NCBI GenBank assembly: GCA_013815785.1
Contig: JACDFO010000003.1
Location: 1-34,583 of the forward strand
DNA length: 34,583 nt
From: Candidatus Saccharimonadota bacterium
GTDB lineage: Bacteria; Patescibacteriota; Saccharimonadia; Saccharimonadales; JACDFO01
Direction: 5' to 3'
Part shown: in pieces, positions 1 through 9,208 of the stretch
Position numbering within the stretch: position 1 is the first letter of the stretch
Layout of the letters: each line of letters opens with the position of its first letter
Notes under the pieces: model-generated
Seen by the model: only the letters and a program-made list of their open reading frames with translations
Database searches by the model: none
Told to the model about the DNA's origin: nothing
Translations under genes and position numbers: made by a program

Positions 1-1
1 G

Positions 2-154
2 GCTGAAACTGAAGCTAACCCACGCACAATAGAAAATGTGGGAGCAACGGAGATTCTGTTCATTGGTACCCTTGCCGTGGCAGGCATAGGTGGCTCGATA
101 GCCCTCCAGCGCGATAAGAACCGCAAACGCGCCCTAAGTAGTTCCAAAAAATAA
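2..154 (+). CDS. 3' end of a membrane-anchored hypothetical protein (partial)
   Basis: Open frame from the window start to TAA at 152-154: ...ILFIGTLAVAGIGGSIAL-QRDKNRKRALSSSKK, a C-terminal hydrophobic helix followed by a basic tail. Confidence 0.6.
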   Translation, partial: AETEANPRTIENVGATEILFIGTLAVAGIGGSIALQRDKNRKRALSSSKK

Positions 155-178
155 ATCTTCTCCTATATACTGGTACAT

Positions 179-1630
179 ATGAAACCTATACGTACCCGTT
201 TTGCCCCAAGCCCAACGGGGCTATTACATGTTGGCGGTATCCGTACCGCGCTGTTTGCATGGCTAGTAGCAAAACAAGCTGACGGCCAGTTTATACTTCG
301 CCTAGAGGACACCGACCAAGCTAGAGAAGTAGCAGGAGCAGACAAGCATATTATGGATTGTTTGCGCGCATTAGGCTTAGATTACGATGAAGGACCAGAC
401 AAAAGCGGCGACTTTGGCCCGTACCGTCAAAGTGAACGCCTGAATATTTACAAAAAATGGGCACAGAAACTGGTAGATAGTGGCCGTGCCTACGCCGACC
501 CATACACAGCTGCTGAAGTTCAGGCTTTTCGTGAGCAAGCACAAGCTGCCAAAAAGCCATTTTTATACCGTAATCATCGACCAGAAAATTCACCAGTCTG
601 GGACGGTACAAAACCGCTTCGTTTTAAATCTGAACCGAAACCATACCAGTGGCAAGATGCCGTTATGGGCAATTTATCTACTCCACCAGAAGTTGTAGAT
701 GATTTTATTCTTATGAAATCAGATGGCTATCCTACTTATAACTTCGCACACATCGTCGACGACGCCGAAATGCAGTGCAGCCATGTTATTCGCGGCCAAG
801 AATTTTTAGCCAGTACACCAAACTATTTGAATCTTTACGAGGCTCTGGGATTAGAACAGCCTGTCTTAGCCACCATGCCTCATATTCTGGGCGAAACTGG
901 TAATAAAAAACTGAGTAAGCGAGATGGAGCTAAAGACGTCCTGAATTATATTCAAGATGGCTATCTACCAGAAGCCTTAGTTAGTTTTATAGCCACTTTG
1001 GGGTGGAACGATGGCACTGAGCAAGAAGTTTATGATACTAATGAATTGATAAAAAACTTTCGTCTAGAGCGTGTCCAAAAAAGCGGTGCAAGGTTTGATG
1101 AACAACGATTACTTTGGGTAAATGGCGTATTTTTACGAAATATGCCGATTGACTTTTTATATACACGAACTTTGGGCACAAAATACACAAAAGCAGGTGG
1201 CTTCTGGCCCGACGAAGCCAAGGATGCAGATGAAGATTATAAGAAACAAGTGCTCGGCCTTGTTCAAGAACGTCTGAAGTACTTTGCTGAACTGCCCGAA
1301 CTCACACGTTTTTTCTTCACCGATTTAGCCGTCAATACTGAACTGATAACAGGCAATAAACAACTCAAAAAAATTGATAAAACCCAACTACACCATCTTC
1401 TAGAAATTGCAAGGTTGGACCTTGAACAAAGTGATTTTTCTAAAGAAGATTTGACGACTAAGCTAAATGGCCTATTAGAATCAACCGGCCAAAAACCTGG
1501 AATATTATTTAGTTTGATCAGAATTGCGACTACACAGAGCTCAGCTAGTCCTGGCCTCGCCGAAAGCCTAGCCTTACTTGGCAAGGAAATAACCTTGCGC
1601 CGCATTGATTCGCAGCTCGGAGTTCTTTAA
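179..1630 (+). CDS. gltX: Glutamate--tRNA ligase
   Basis: RTRFAPSPTG, HVGG (HIGH motif), KLSKR (KMSKS motif), GPYRQSER; C-terminal anticodon-binding domain. Confidence 0.97.
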   Translation: MKPIRTRFAPSPTGLLHVGGIRTALFAWLVAKQADGQFILRLEDTDQAREVAGADKHIMDCLRALGLDYDEGPDKSGDFGPYRQSERLNIYKKWAQKLVDSGRAYADPYTAAEVQAFREQAQAAKKPFLYRNHRPENSPVWDGTKPLRFKSEPKPYQWQDAVMGNLSTPPEVVDDFILMKSDGYPTYNFAHIVDDAEMQCSHVIRGQEFLASTPNYLNLYEALGLEQPVLATMPHILGETGNKKLSKRDGAKDVLNYIQDGYLPEALVSFIATLGWNDGTEQEVYDTNELIKNFRLERVQKSGARFDEQRLLWVNGVFLRNMPIDFLYTRTLGTKYTKAGGFWPDEAKDADEDYKKQVLGLVQERLKYFAELPELTRFFFTDLAVNTELITGNKQLKKIDKTQLHHLLEIARLDLEQSDFSKEDLTTKLNGLLESTGQKPGILFSLIRIATTQSSASPGLAESLALLGKEITLRRIDSQLGVL

Positions 1631-1634
1631 GATA

Positions 1635-1690
1635 TTGCTTTTCGTCGTTTACGACTCATCAGCACGACTTTGGTTGATTCGTGGAAGCAA
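1635..1690. terminator. Branched hairpin between convergent genes (possible terminator or small palindromic element)
   Basis: ttgctt...aagcaa outer stem enclosing gtcg-ttta-cgac and atcagc...gttgat hairpins, directly after the gltX stop. Confidence 0.4.
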
Positions 1691-1769
1691 ATTGATAGGT
1701 GTTTGTTAGGATTTCGGGCGGCGGAGAGGATATTGTATCGAAGTATCGATTCCTTTCCGCCGCCGCGAA

Positions 1770-2090
1770 TCATCCCAACCGTTCGGCGATGATGTCTCTT
1801 ATGACCATCAGTACACCGTCGTCGACGATTATGCGGTCATGGAACTTGACCGAGAGTCGATCCGGACTTTCACCGCCGAGGTTGAAGTGGAATTTCTCCA
1901 CACCCCCCATGAGCTTAAGCTCATCTGCTATGATTCGCAGCTGAGGATGCAGCATCGACCTTTCAAGATCGTCGCAACTGAAGAATCCGCTTTTGAAGCT
2001 TGCATCCGACCGGATACAGAACCTATACCAGTTACGGCCCTCCATCCGCTGTATTGCGGTTGGGTTGACGGAACTTACTGAAGTGCTCAT
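1770..2090 (-). CDS. Hypothetical protein (~106 aa)
   Basis: ORF 1770..2117 in the track; the ATG at 2090 is preceded by a GGGAGG SD, and the gene has its own promoter at 2162-2190. Confidence 0.6.
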   Translation of the reverse strand: MSTSVSSVNPTAIQRMEGRNWYRFCIRSDASFKSGFFSCDDLERSMLHPQLRIIADELKLMGGVEKFHFNLGGESPDRLSVKFHDRIIVDDGVLMVIRDIIAERLG

Positions 2091-2161
2091 CGAGCCTCCC
2101 CTGTAGTATTTGGACAAACACCTATCTTATCGTTTGAGTAATATGTACACCAAACGAATAA

Positions 2162-2190
2162 AATTTACAGCTATGTAGCTCTTTTGTCAA
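2162..2190 (-). promoter_or_regulatory. Sigma70-type promoter
   Basis: TTGACA-17 bp-TAAATT on the minus strand; the spacer contains AGCT-acat-AGCT. Confidence 0.55.
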
Positions 2191-2195
2191 CTTTA

Positions 2196-4781
2196 TTATC
2201 TTAATTTTATGATAGTTTCTTTATTGTCTAGTTTTTGTGAGGTTTGTGGTGTTGCTGTTTGAGTTTTTTTGCGGCGAGAGCGAGTACGTTTTCGTTTTGG
2301 TTTTTGCTCGGTATGAGTTGCTTCTGGTTTTTCTTCAGGTTCATCATCACTGCTGGCAAGCTTAAATATCCTTTTAGCGACTTCTTCAGGTGTACTAGGA
2401 GTTTTAGATTCTGCTGGTTTATGAGATTTAGTCTCTATGTCTTGTGGTTTCGGTTTACGGTTTTCGGCAGATTGAGTGGTCGCCAGACGGCTCGGGGTGG
2501 TGTATCGATCATTCATGAAGGTTTCTATGCCAGCACGCCCGACGGCGTACTGTTCACGGCTATTGGCAATGATTCGCTGTGTAAAATCCTGGCCAAGTTC
2601 TGGTAATATCAAGCTTGTGGCAGAAAATGCCGGCATTTTTTCACCCTCGATAATCATGCTGATAGCGAAGTGCAGGTTGTGAAGATGAACGAGGTCGAGT
2701 TCAGTGAACTGCGGCTCAAAATATTTTTGCATAACCCGAGCATCGTCGGCACTAGTACGGAAGGCAATAATAGAACCGACATTACCGAACACCGCGTCAC
2801 GGACCTCAAAACTCATCTGAGCGATATATTGGTTGGCTACCGTCAGGTTCAAACCATATTTGCGCGCCTCGGACAGAATCGTTGCGAACGAATCAGTCGC
2901 AAAGTTCTGGAATTCGTCTACGTACAGATAAAACGGAACGCGTTCGCTGGAATGTACATCGGCCCGACTCATCGCACCCAGCTGAATTTTGGTAACCAAC
3001 AAAGCGCCCAGCAACGATGCGTTATCTTCACCGATCAGTCCGCGCGACAGATTGACTATCAAAATTTTACGCTCATCCATAATCTGTCGCATATTAAAGC
3101 TGCTTTTAGGCTGCCCGATAATGTTTCGTACGATAGGATTAGCCGTAAAGGCACCGACCTTGTTCAGTACCGGTGCGACAGCTTCGGCCGCGAATTTATC
3201 GTTCCAGCTGGCAAACTCGACCGTCCAGAAGTTGCGTACGACCGGGTCTTGCACATGTTCCAAAACCTCAAGACGAAACTTCTTATCAGTTAAAATACGG
3301 GTAATATCGAGCATGGTTGCATCTGGGTAGTCCAATAATGCGAGTAACGAATAACGAAGGATATATTCTAACCGCGGTCCCCAGGACTCAAACATGCGCT
3401 TCAAAACGCCAATAAGTTCGGAGGCGGTATGGGTTTTAAGTTTTGGATCCGTCACTTCCATCGGATTGAACGCTATGGGAAAATCCGTGTCGGACGGATT
3501 GATGTAGATAACGTCTTTAACCCTACCTTCTGGTATACGCTGTAGAATACTCTGGGCGTAATCGCCGTGCGGGTCGATAACTGCAAAGCCATACGGACTA
3601 TAGATGTCGGAAATCGTCAAAAGCTCCAGCAGACCCGACTTACCGACGCCAGTCTGACCGATGATATATAAATGCCGACCACGATCAGTACGATGCAGGC
3701 CAAACATGGTGTTGTGCCCACGGAAGTTAGTGACACCAATGGGACTGACTTGCGTACGAGTAGTCTCTGCAATCAGTGGCAAATTAGCCGGTGGTTCAGC
3801 AGTCTTGGCGTTGGCCCATAGAATATTAGGAGTTTCGACATTGGTATGGGGCAAGTGAAAAAGACTAGCTACCTCTTCGATATTACAAACAAACGAACGT
3901 TTTTTGAAACTACGGCTTCGATATACATCTAGTAAACTGATGTCATCGCTCAGATAATCCTGCGTAAAACCATTGAGGTAGGTAGTGTTGAACTGCTTAA
4001 AGCTGGCCGTGATGGCTTGGGTACGCATACGAGCATGCGCTGGTGTCGTGTTGCCGCGGTAAACGATGCGTAAAGCTAGCTGGTAGGCAAGTTTTTGACT
4101 TTTTGCCTCGGCGGCACTGGCACGAGCGGTTTCGTGTTCGACCAGTTTTGGTGCAGCAGGGGCTTTTCCCGGTTCTGGGGGAGCCCAAAGCGCCGTCGCT
4201 ACGCTGCCGATATTGCTTGGACCACTTGCGCTGCCACGAATACCGGCTGCATACTTTTCACTCCGTTTATGCCAGTTATGAGGCGCTGGGCGCATGATGA
4301 ACTGTAGCCAGGCTTCTTCATCTTCTTCAAACTGCGCCAAAGTGGCCGTAATGGCTGCAAGCGGGTCAACCTCGAAACTTGGAAACGTCTTTATCGGTAA
4401 GGCGTCGTTGCCGATAAACTTCAACTCGCCTATAAGCTGGGTAGAAAAAGTGGTGGCTTCGTTAGCGGTGTAATCTTCGACTTCAGAAATATGAACTAAA
4501 GGATACTGGGCATAAATTTGCTCTTCTACGAAATTCTTGAGATGTTCCGGGACCCAGACATAGAACCCAATCCGTTTTTTTTGCACAGCGATCTCAAAAC
4601 TTATACGTTCGTGAACAGCTGACTTGAAGAAAGTTTTCTCGGCAGTACTTAATAGGCCGTGCAGGGCAGCAAACATCTGCTCAGCGGCTAGTTCTTTTTT
4701 TTCGTTTTCTCTGGGCACTTGAAGTAACAGCACGGCGCCGTCATCAACAACACTAGGAGTTTGCCGTTTTTTGAAAATCAT
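2196..4781 (-). CDS. VirD4/TraD/TrwB-like coupling ATPase (type IV secretion DNA-binding domain / HerA-FtsK superfamily)
   Basis: Walker A GQTGVGKS, IDPHGD, Walker B LYVDEFQNF, LSEARKYGL.LTVANQ; long N-terminal domain and a Lys/Arg-rich disordered C-tail. Confidence 0.85.
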   Translation of the reverse strand: MIFKKRQTPSVVDDGAVLLLQVPRENEKKELAAEQMFAALHGLLSTAEKTFFKSAVHERISFEIAVQKKRIGFYVWVPEHLKNFVEEQIYAQYPLVHISEVEDYTANEATTFSTQLIGELKFIGNDALPIKTFPSFEVDPLAAITATLAQFEEDEEAWLQFIMRPAPHNWHKRSEKYAAGIRGSASGPSNIGSVATALWAPPEPGKAPAAPKLVEHETARASAAEAKSQKLAYQLALRIVYRGNTTPAHARMRTQAITASFKQFNTTYLNGFTQDYLSDDISLLDVYRSRSFKKRSFVCNIEEVASLFHLPHTNVETPNILWANAKTAEPPANLPLIAETTRTQVSPIGVTNFRGHNTMFGLHRTDRGRHLYIIGQTGVGKSGLLELLTISDIYSPYGFAVIDPHGDYAQSILQRIPEGRVKDVIYINPSDTDFPIAFNPMEVTDPKLKTHTASELIGVLKRMFESWGPRLEYILRYSLLALLDYPDATMLDITRILTDKKFRLEVLEHVQDPVVRNFWTVEFASWNDKFAAEAVAPVLNKVGAFTANPIVRNIIGQPKSSFNMRQIMDERKILIVNLSRGLIGEDNASLLGALLVTKIQLGAMSRADVHSSERVPFYLYVDEFQNFATDSFATILSEARKYGLNLTVANQYIAQMSFEVRDAVFGNVGSIIAFRTSADDARVMQKYFEPQFTELDLVHLHNLHFAISMIIEGEKMPAFSATSLILPELGQDFTQRIIANSREQYAVGRAGIETFMNDRYTTPSRLATTQSAENRKPKPQDIETKSHKPAESKTPSTPEEVAKRIFKLASSDDEPEEKPEATHTEQKPKRKRTRSRRKKTQTATPQTSQKLDNKETIIKLR

Positions 4782-4953
4782 TATAAGGCTAATTATACCA
4801 TTTTTTAACCCCTGTTTGCAAGGGTAAGCACTTTTGTCCAGATTTATATTATCAGTGCATTCTAAGTTGATTACGGCGGCAACATATTTAATCTGTAAGC
4901 TGTCGTTTCCTAAGCTGCTTCAGCCGTAAGCGGTATGGTATACTGGCCGTAAG

Positions 4954-6192
4954 ATGCGAGATGACATAAAAACGGCCAAAGGGCCTCGTCGTAAGGTTGC
5001 CCGGCTGGCGGAACCAAAACAAGAAACTGACGAACCCAAAGAACTGGCATTCAAGACTCCCGAAGAGACTGCCCAGACAGATTTGCCGACCGAACCCAAA
5101 GAAATGTCTTTTAAAAATACCAAAAAATTTGATGGCGACAAAATAAAGAGATTTTTTAGCAGAAGCCTCAGTATTAAGCAATGGGGGCTTGGTTTCCTGC
5201 TAATACTGATTGTTATAATGGGTGGCGTTGCTTACGAAACCAAATCTAACATACTGCCACCACCTGACACGACCACGCATGCCAAAACGGTTTACATACC
5301 ACCGAAAACAACGGAACCATCCAGACTTACGGGCGTAGAAATACAAAAAGAGCTCAATTTGTTGCCCACCACTGCGGTGCAGATAGAAAACAGCCCAGAC
5401 GCCCGGCCACAAGCCGGATTATATGATGCCGGCATTGTAACGGAGGCGATCGCCGAGGGCGGCATTACGCGCTTTAACGCCGTGTACCTCGAAGGTCAGC
5501 CCGAACGGATAGGGCCGGTTCGTTCACTACGACCTTATTATAGTGATTTCTTTTTACCGTACGACGCCGCGCTAGCCCACGCTGGCGGCAGCGGACAAGC
5601 ACTGGCAGAAATCGGTCCACTCGGTATAAAAAGCATGGATCATGGTGCAAATGGTGGTACGTACTCCCGCGATAGTAATCGGTTTGCGCCCCATAATCTG
5701 TATACTTCTCGGGCCAGACTGCTGGAAAATCAAAATGGCAAGGGCTGGACTACGAGCACATTTACGAGCATCGTAAGAAAAGCCGAGAAGAAAGCCGAGA
5801 CACCGACAGCACGAGTAGTCGACGTGGCGATCTCTAGTTTCTTATATAACCCGCGTTTCGAATACGACGGCGCGACTAATAGTTACTTGCGTGTAATGGC
5901 AGGCAAACCGCATGTCGACGAAAATGGCGCCAGACAGATAAACCCTAAGGTCGTCATCGTACTGATCATGCCGCACCATTACGCAGGCATTTATTCTGTC
6001 TATCAGACCACCGGCGCTGGCAAAGCATACATATTTCAGGATGGAACGGTAGTAGAGGGTGTGTGGCAAAAAGATGGCAGGGGCAGTCAGTTCGTATTCG
6101 GTGATGCCAACAGCGCACCTATCGGGTTAAATCCGGGACAAACGTGGATGACCTTGGCAAGTACCATCGGGCAAGTTACAATAACGCCATAA
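4954..6192 (+). CDS. DUF3048 (YerB-like) membrane-anchored protein
   Basis: N-terminal TM helix; IENSPDARPQAGL, EGGITRF, IGPVRSLRPYY, RFAPHNLY motifs. Confidence 0.85.
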   Translation: MRDDIKTAKGPRRKVARLAEPKQETDEPKELAFKTPEETAQTDLPTEPKEMSFKNTKKFDGDKIKRFFSRSLSIKQWGLGFLLILIVIMGGVAYETKSNILPPPDTTTHAKTVYIPPKTTEPSRLTGVEIQKELNLLPTTAVQIENSPDARPQAGLYDAGIVTEAIAEGGITRFNAVYLEGQPERIGPVRSLRPYYSDFFLPYDAALAHAGGSGQALAEIGPLGIKSMDHGANGGTYSRDSNRFAPHNLYTSRARLLENQNGKGWTTSTFTSIVRKAEKKAETPTARVVDVAISSFLYNPRFEYDGATNSYLRVMAGKPHVDENGARQINPKVVIVLIMPHHYAGIYSVYQTTGAGKAYIFQDGTVVEGVWQKDGRGSQFVFGDANSAPIGLNPGQTWMTLASTIGQVTITP

Positions 6193-6201
6193 GCATTATG
6201 A

Positions 6202-6418
6202 CCAGAACTTACGCGCATGGATGCAGGATGGCTTTTCTCGGCGAGAAGCGGGGTCCCCAAACGGAGAGGATTCCGTTTGGGGTGCAGAAGCGAAACAAGC
6301 CGTACAGAGAGTACGGTGAAGTGAGCATCGCAGACAAAAAAGCCATCCTGCGCCATGAGCTCTCGCAGAGTCGACAGCTCTGCTGGTGGCTGAGCGAGAG
6401 AGGCGCGTAAGGTTCTGG
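6202..6418. mobile_element. 217-bp fold-back, MITE/ERIC-like palindromic element
   Basis: Terminal IR ccagaac-ttacgcgc / gcgcgtaa-g-gttctgg; nested IRs gcaggatggctttt/aaaagccatcctgc, ccccaaacgga/tccgtttgggg, ccgtac/gtacgg, ctctcgc/gcgagag; core 31/36 identical to the inverted copy at 8798-8833. Confidence 0.65.
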
Positions 6419-6420
6419 GG

Positions 6421-7953
6421 GTGGATCAATTATATAAACAAGTACGGAGTTATCTCGTATTGTTGGTCGTGGCCACAAACGTTTTGACGATGGCGGCCTA
6501 TATTTTTTTGATTGACGTTATGGGCGATGAGCAGTTTCTGGCTGCCGTAGCGATTTCGTTTATTCTAGGTTTGTGCTTGAGCTTGCTGGTGGGTTATCTC
6601 GGTGCGCATTATGCGTTACAACCGATGCTGTATTTACGTCAGGCGCTTATACATGTAGCTAGTCAGGAATCCGGCCACGCACCTGATATGACGCAGTTAA
6701 AAGTTGGTCAACAGTTAGTAACGGAGCTAGCTAACCAGGTGTACCAGTTTGCAAGCAAACAAAATAGCGGAGGAGAAACCGACCATCGTAATTCTATTAT
6801 TCAGGCAGCTAACATCGTCAGCCACATGCCGTTGCCATTGTTCGTATTTAACAAAGATCAGCAGATTACCCACGCTTCCGAAATGGGCATCGAGTACTGT
6901 CAGCTCGAAAGTAGCGGCTTGTTTGGCAAAAAGCTGTTTGAGGTGCTCAACCTAGAGTTCGCCAGTGAATCGACACTTGAAAATTGGATTAAAGATTGTC
7001 AGGACAATAAGGTCACTGATCGCTTTCAGTGGGACCGAGTCCGTATAATTCCGACCAGTGCCGACGCGCCGCGTAAGCAGTGCGATATCGTCGCCTATTA
7101 TAATCGCGACAACCCAAGCGGCACTGAGTTTATCGTAACCATGTTTGACCGGACCAAACTTTATGACCAAGATGAGCATTCGTTGAGTTTCGTGGCGTTA
7201 GCGGTTCACGAACTACGCACGCCTCTGACAATGCTGCGAGGCTATGTGGAAGTTTTTCAAGATGAGCTTGGGCCCACTTTGAGTCCTGATCTGCAAGATT
7301 TCATGCGCAAAATGGATGCCTCTGCCACTCAGTTATCCGGTTTTGTAAACAATATCCTGAATGTCGCCCGCATCGAGGAAGATCAGCTGGTATTGCAATT
7401 GTCTGAACAAAACTGGGAAGAGACGCTGCATCACAGCATAGACGCCATGACGTTACGTGCCCAGGTCCACAATAAAAATATCGAATGCACTATCCAGCCT
7501 GATATGCCGTCAGTCGCGGTCGACCGCATGAGCATCCAGGAAGTCATTAGTAATCTTCTGGATAACGCCATCAAATACAGCGGCGATGAAGAAAAGCAGA
7601 TTATCGTCAACACGCGGCTGAACAAAGAGGGCATGATAGAAACCAGCGTTCAAGACTTCGGTGTCGGTATTCCGACCAGTGTGATCCAGAATCTGTTCGA
7701 GAAATTTTATCGTAACCACCGAACCCGTGCGCAATTCGGTGGTTCGGGGCTTGGGCTGTATCTATGTAAAGCCATCGTCACCGCACACGGCGGCCAGATC
7801 AGTGTTTCATCTAAAGAAAGCGAGGGCAGCACGTTCAGCTTCACCCTGCAGCCCTACAGCCAGCTGGCTGACGAAATAAAGAACCACGAAAACAAAGAAA
7901 TCACCCGTAGCGCCCAAGGCTGGATTAAGAACCATTCACTATATCGAAGATAA
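6421..7953 (+). CDS. Membrane sensor histidine kinase (2 TM, PAS-like, HisKA, HATPase)
   Basis: HELRTPL H-box, NLLDNAIKYS N-box, DFGVGI G1, FEKFYR F-box, GSGLGL G2. The start (GTG 6421) is uncertain. Confidence 0.93.
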   Translation: MDQLYKQVRSYLVLLVVATNVLTMAAYIFLIDVMGDEQFLAAVAISFILGLCLSLLVGYLGAHYALQPMLYLRQALIHVASQESGHAPDMTQLKVGQQLVTELANQVYQFASKQNSGGETDHRNSIIQAANIVSHMPLPLFVFNKDQQITHASEMGIEYCQLESSGLFGKKLFEVLNLEFASESTLENWIKDCQDNKVTDRFQWDRVRIIPTSADAPRKQCDIVAYYNRDNPSGTEFIVTMFDRTKLYDQDEHSLSFVALAVHELRTPLTMLRGYVEVFQDELGPTLSPDLQDFMRKMDASATQLSGFVNNILNVARIEEDQLVLQLSEQNWEETLHHSIDAMTLRAQVHNKNIECTIQPDMPSVAVDRMSIQEVISNLLDNAIKYSGDEEKQIIVNTRLNKEGMIETSVQDFGVGIPTSVIQNLFEKFYRNHRTRAQFGGSGLGLYLCKAIVTAHGGQISVSSKESEGSTFSFTLQPYSQLADEIKNHENKEITRSAQGWIKNHSLYRR

Positions 7954-7971
7954 ATTGTAAGATAGGAATAT

Positions 7972-8418
7972 ATGGACGACTCATACACCCAACCGGAAGT
8001 TACCGAAACTCCACAATCCGAAGCACCCAGCACGCCAGTTGGTACTGGCAAGAAAGTCTTGTGCATCGAGGACGAGCACTTTATAAGCGAGCTTTACGAA
8101 CGCGCATTGACCAAGGCAGGTTATCAGGTCAATACCGTAGTCGACGGCATAGCCGGTTTGGCTGAGGCTCAAACCGACCGATACGATATCATTCTACTCG
8201 ACATCATGTTGCCCAATATGAGCGGTCTCGAAATTCTACACGAGCTCCGTGATGGCGGCAAAACCCCCGATCTCAAAGCCAAAATCATAATCACCACCAA
8301 CCTCGATCAGGGCGAGGAAGGCCGAGCGTCAGTCGAAACCAAAGCCGATGGCTACGTCGTCAAAGCAGAAGCCACCCCTAAACAGTTGGTCGAGTTTTTG
8401 CAGCAACTCGCTGTGTAG
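7972..8418 (+). CDS. Single-domain response regulator (receiver only)
   Basis: IEDE, ILLDIMLPNMSG (phospho-Asp), TN, YVVK; no output domain. Confidence 0.92.
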   Translation: MDDSYTQPEVTETPQSEAPSTPVGTGKKVLCIEDEHFISELYERALTKAGYQVNTVVDGIAGLAEAQTDRYDIILLDIMLPNMSGLEILHELRDGGKTPDLKAKIIITTNLDQGEEGRASVETKADGYVVKAEATPKQLVEFLQQLAV

Positions 8419-8771
8419 CTTTTCGTACACACATATTGACTGCGTAATCATTCTGACGAGGACAAAAGGCCAAAAGTGAAAGATTATACTTGAACCCGAT
8501 TAGTAGGGCGGGGGTATACTAGTAATAGTCATGGGAGCATGAGCCGAGCTATCGGCCATCGTTGTCAGACTTATTTATAACTTTAGGCAATCACACTTAG
8601 GTCACTGAACGCCTTCATATCCGATCAGTTTCTCGTTTATGAGATGTAAAAGAACGGTCTTACATCTGTCACGAGTCACTCCTTACCTTTGGAAATCCAT
8701 TGGTTAACCCGTTCCACAACTCTGGACCGCACTAGGCTACGCCGAGCAAAGCTCGCCGTATTCCAAGCGCT

Positions 8772-8870
8772 CTTGGCACATTACTGCGTCAGGCTGCCTG
8801 CGGGGCTCAGTTCACCGTACTACCTGTACGGCTCACTCGCTCCTCGTTGCTTCCTTGTACTGCATCCAAG
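8772..8870. repeat. Second, shorter copy of the 6202-6418 palindromic element family (inverted)
   Basis: cttgg...ccaag outer stem, central ccgtac-tacct-gtacgg hairpin; shares ctgcg..gctca.ttcaccgtact..ctgtacggct and ctgcatcca with the reverse complement of copy 1. Confidence 0.6.
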
Positions 8871-8945
8871 TCCAAAGCTGTGTTCGCCGACTGAGAATAC
8901 TACTCACTACGGTCTCTTTTTTATCACTTAAAAAATCAGGGGAAT

Positions 8946-9206
8946 ATGGATATGACTACAACTATCAACAAAGAAGTCGAGGTAAACGCTTTTTATTTCA
9001 GCCAAGGCAATAGCTTTAAGAGTTTTCCTAAAGCCATCACACTTGACCATAAACAATACAACTTCCGTGACGGGCTACAAATGTTAGTACAGAAAGGCCA
9101 GGATGCTGTCAGATTTTTCGATATGACGGATGGTCTTAATAACTACCGCCTACGACAGGAACACGACCAATGGTTCTTAGTAAGCTTACGCCCAGTCACG
9201 AGATAA
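8946..9206 (+). CDS. Small beta-rich hypothetical protein heading the mutagenesis cassette (possibly DUF6504-like)
   Basis: 86 aa ORF with AGGGG SD, 2 bp upstream of the umuD-like gene. The pattern V.V.A...P..I......Y.F...YRL.....W.L recalls small proteins linked to Y-family polymerases (family call tentative). Confidence 0.7.
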   Translation: MDMTTTINKEVEVNAFYFSQGNSFKSFPKAITLDHKQYNFRDGLQMLVQKGQDAVRFFDMTDGLNNYRLRQEHDQWFLVSLRPVTR

Positions 9207-9208
9207 TC

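Noticed and set aside
2244-4307. Numerous antisense or alternate-frame ORFs over long genes (here and over der, dprA, topA and the dcw genes)
   Set aside because: Shadow ORFs of well-supported genes with no independent motifs or expression signals.
6144-6410. 88-aa (or 70-aa) ORF and the antisense ORFs over 6087-6478 as real genes
   Set aside because: They lie almost wholly within the palindromic element; not called as CDS, though the 70-codon frame is discussed as possible translational coupling.
8689-8931. 80-aa ORF upstream of the mutagenesis cassette
   Set aside because: TTG start with no SD, spans the repeat copy, and has no protein-like motif.
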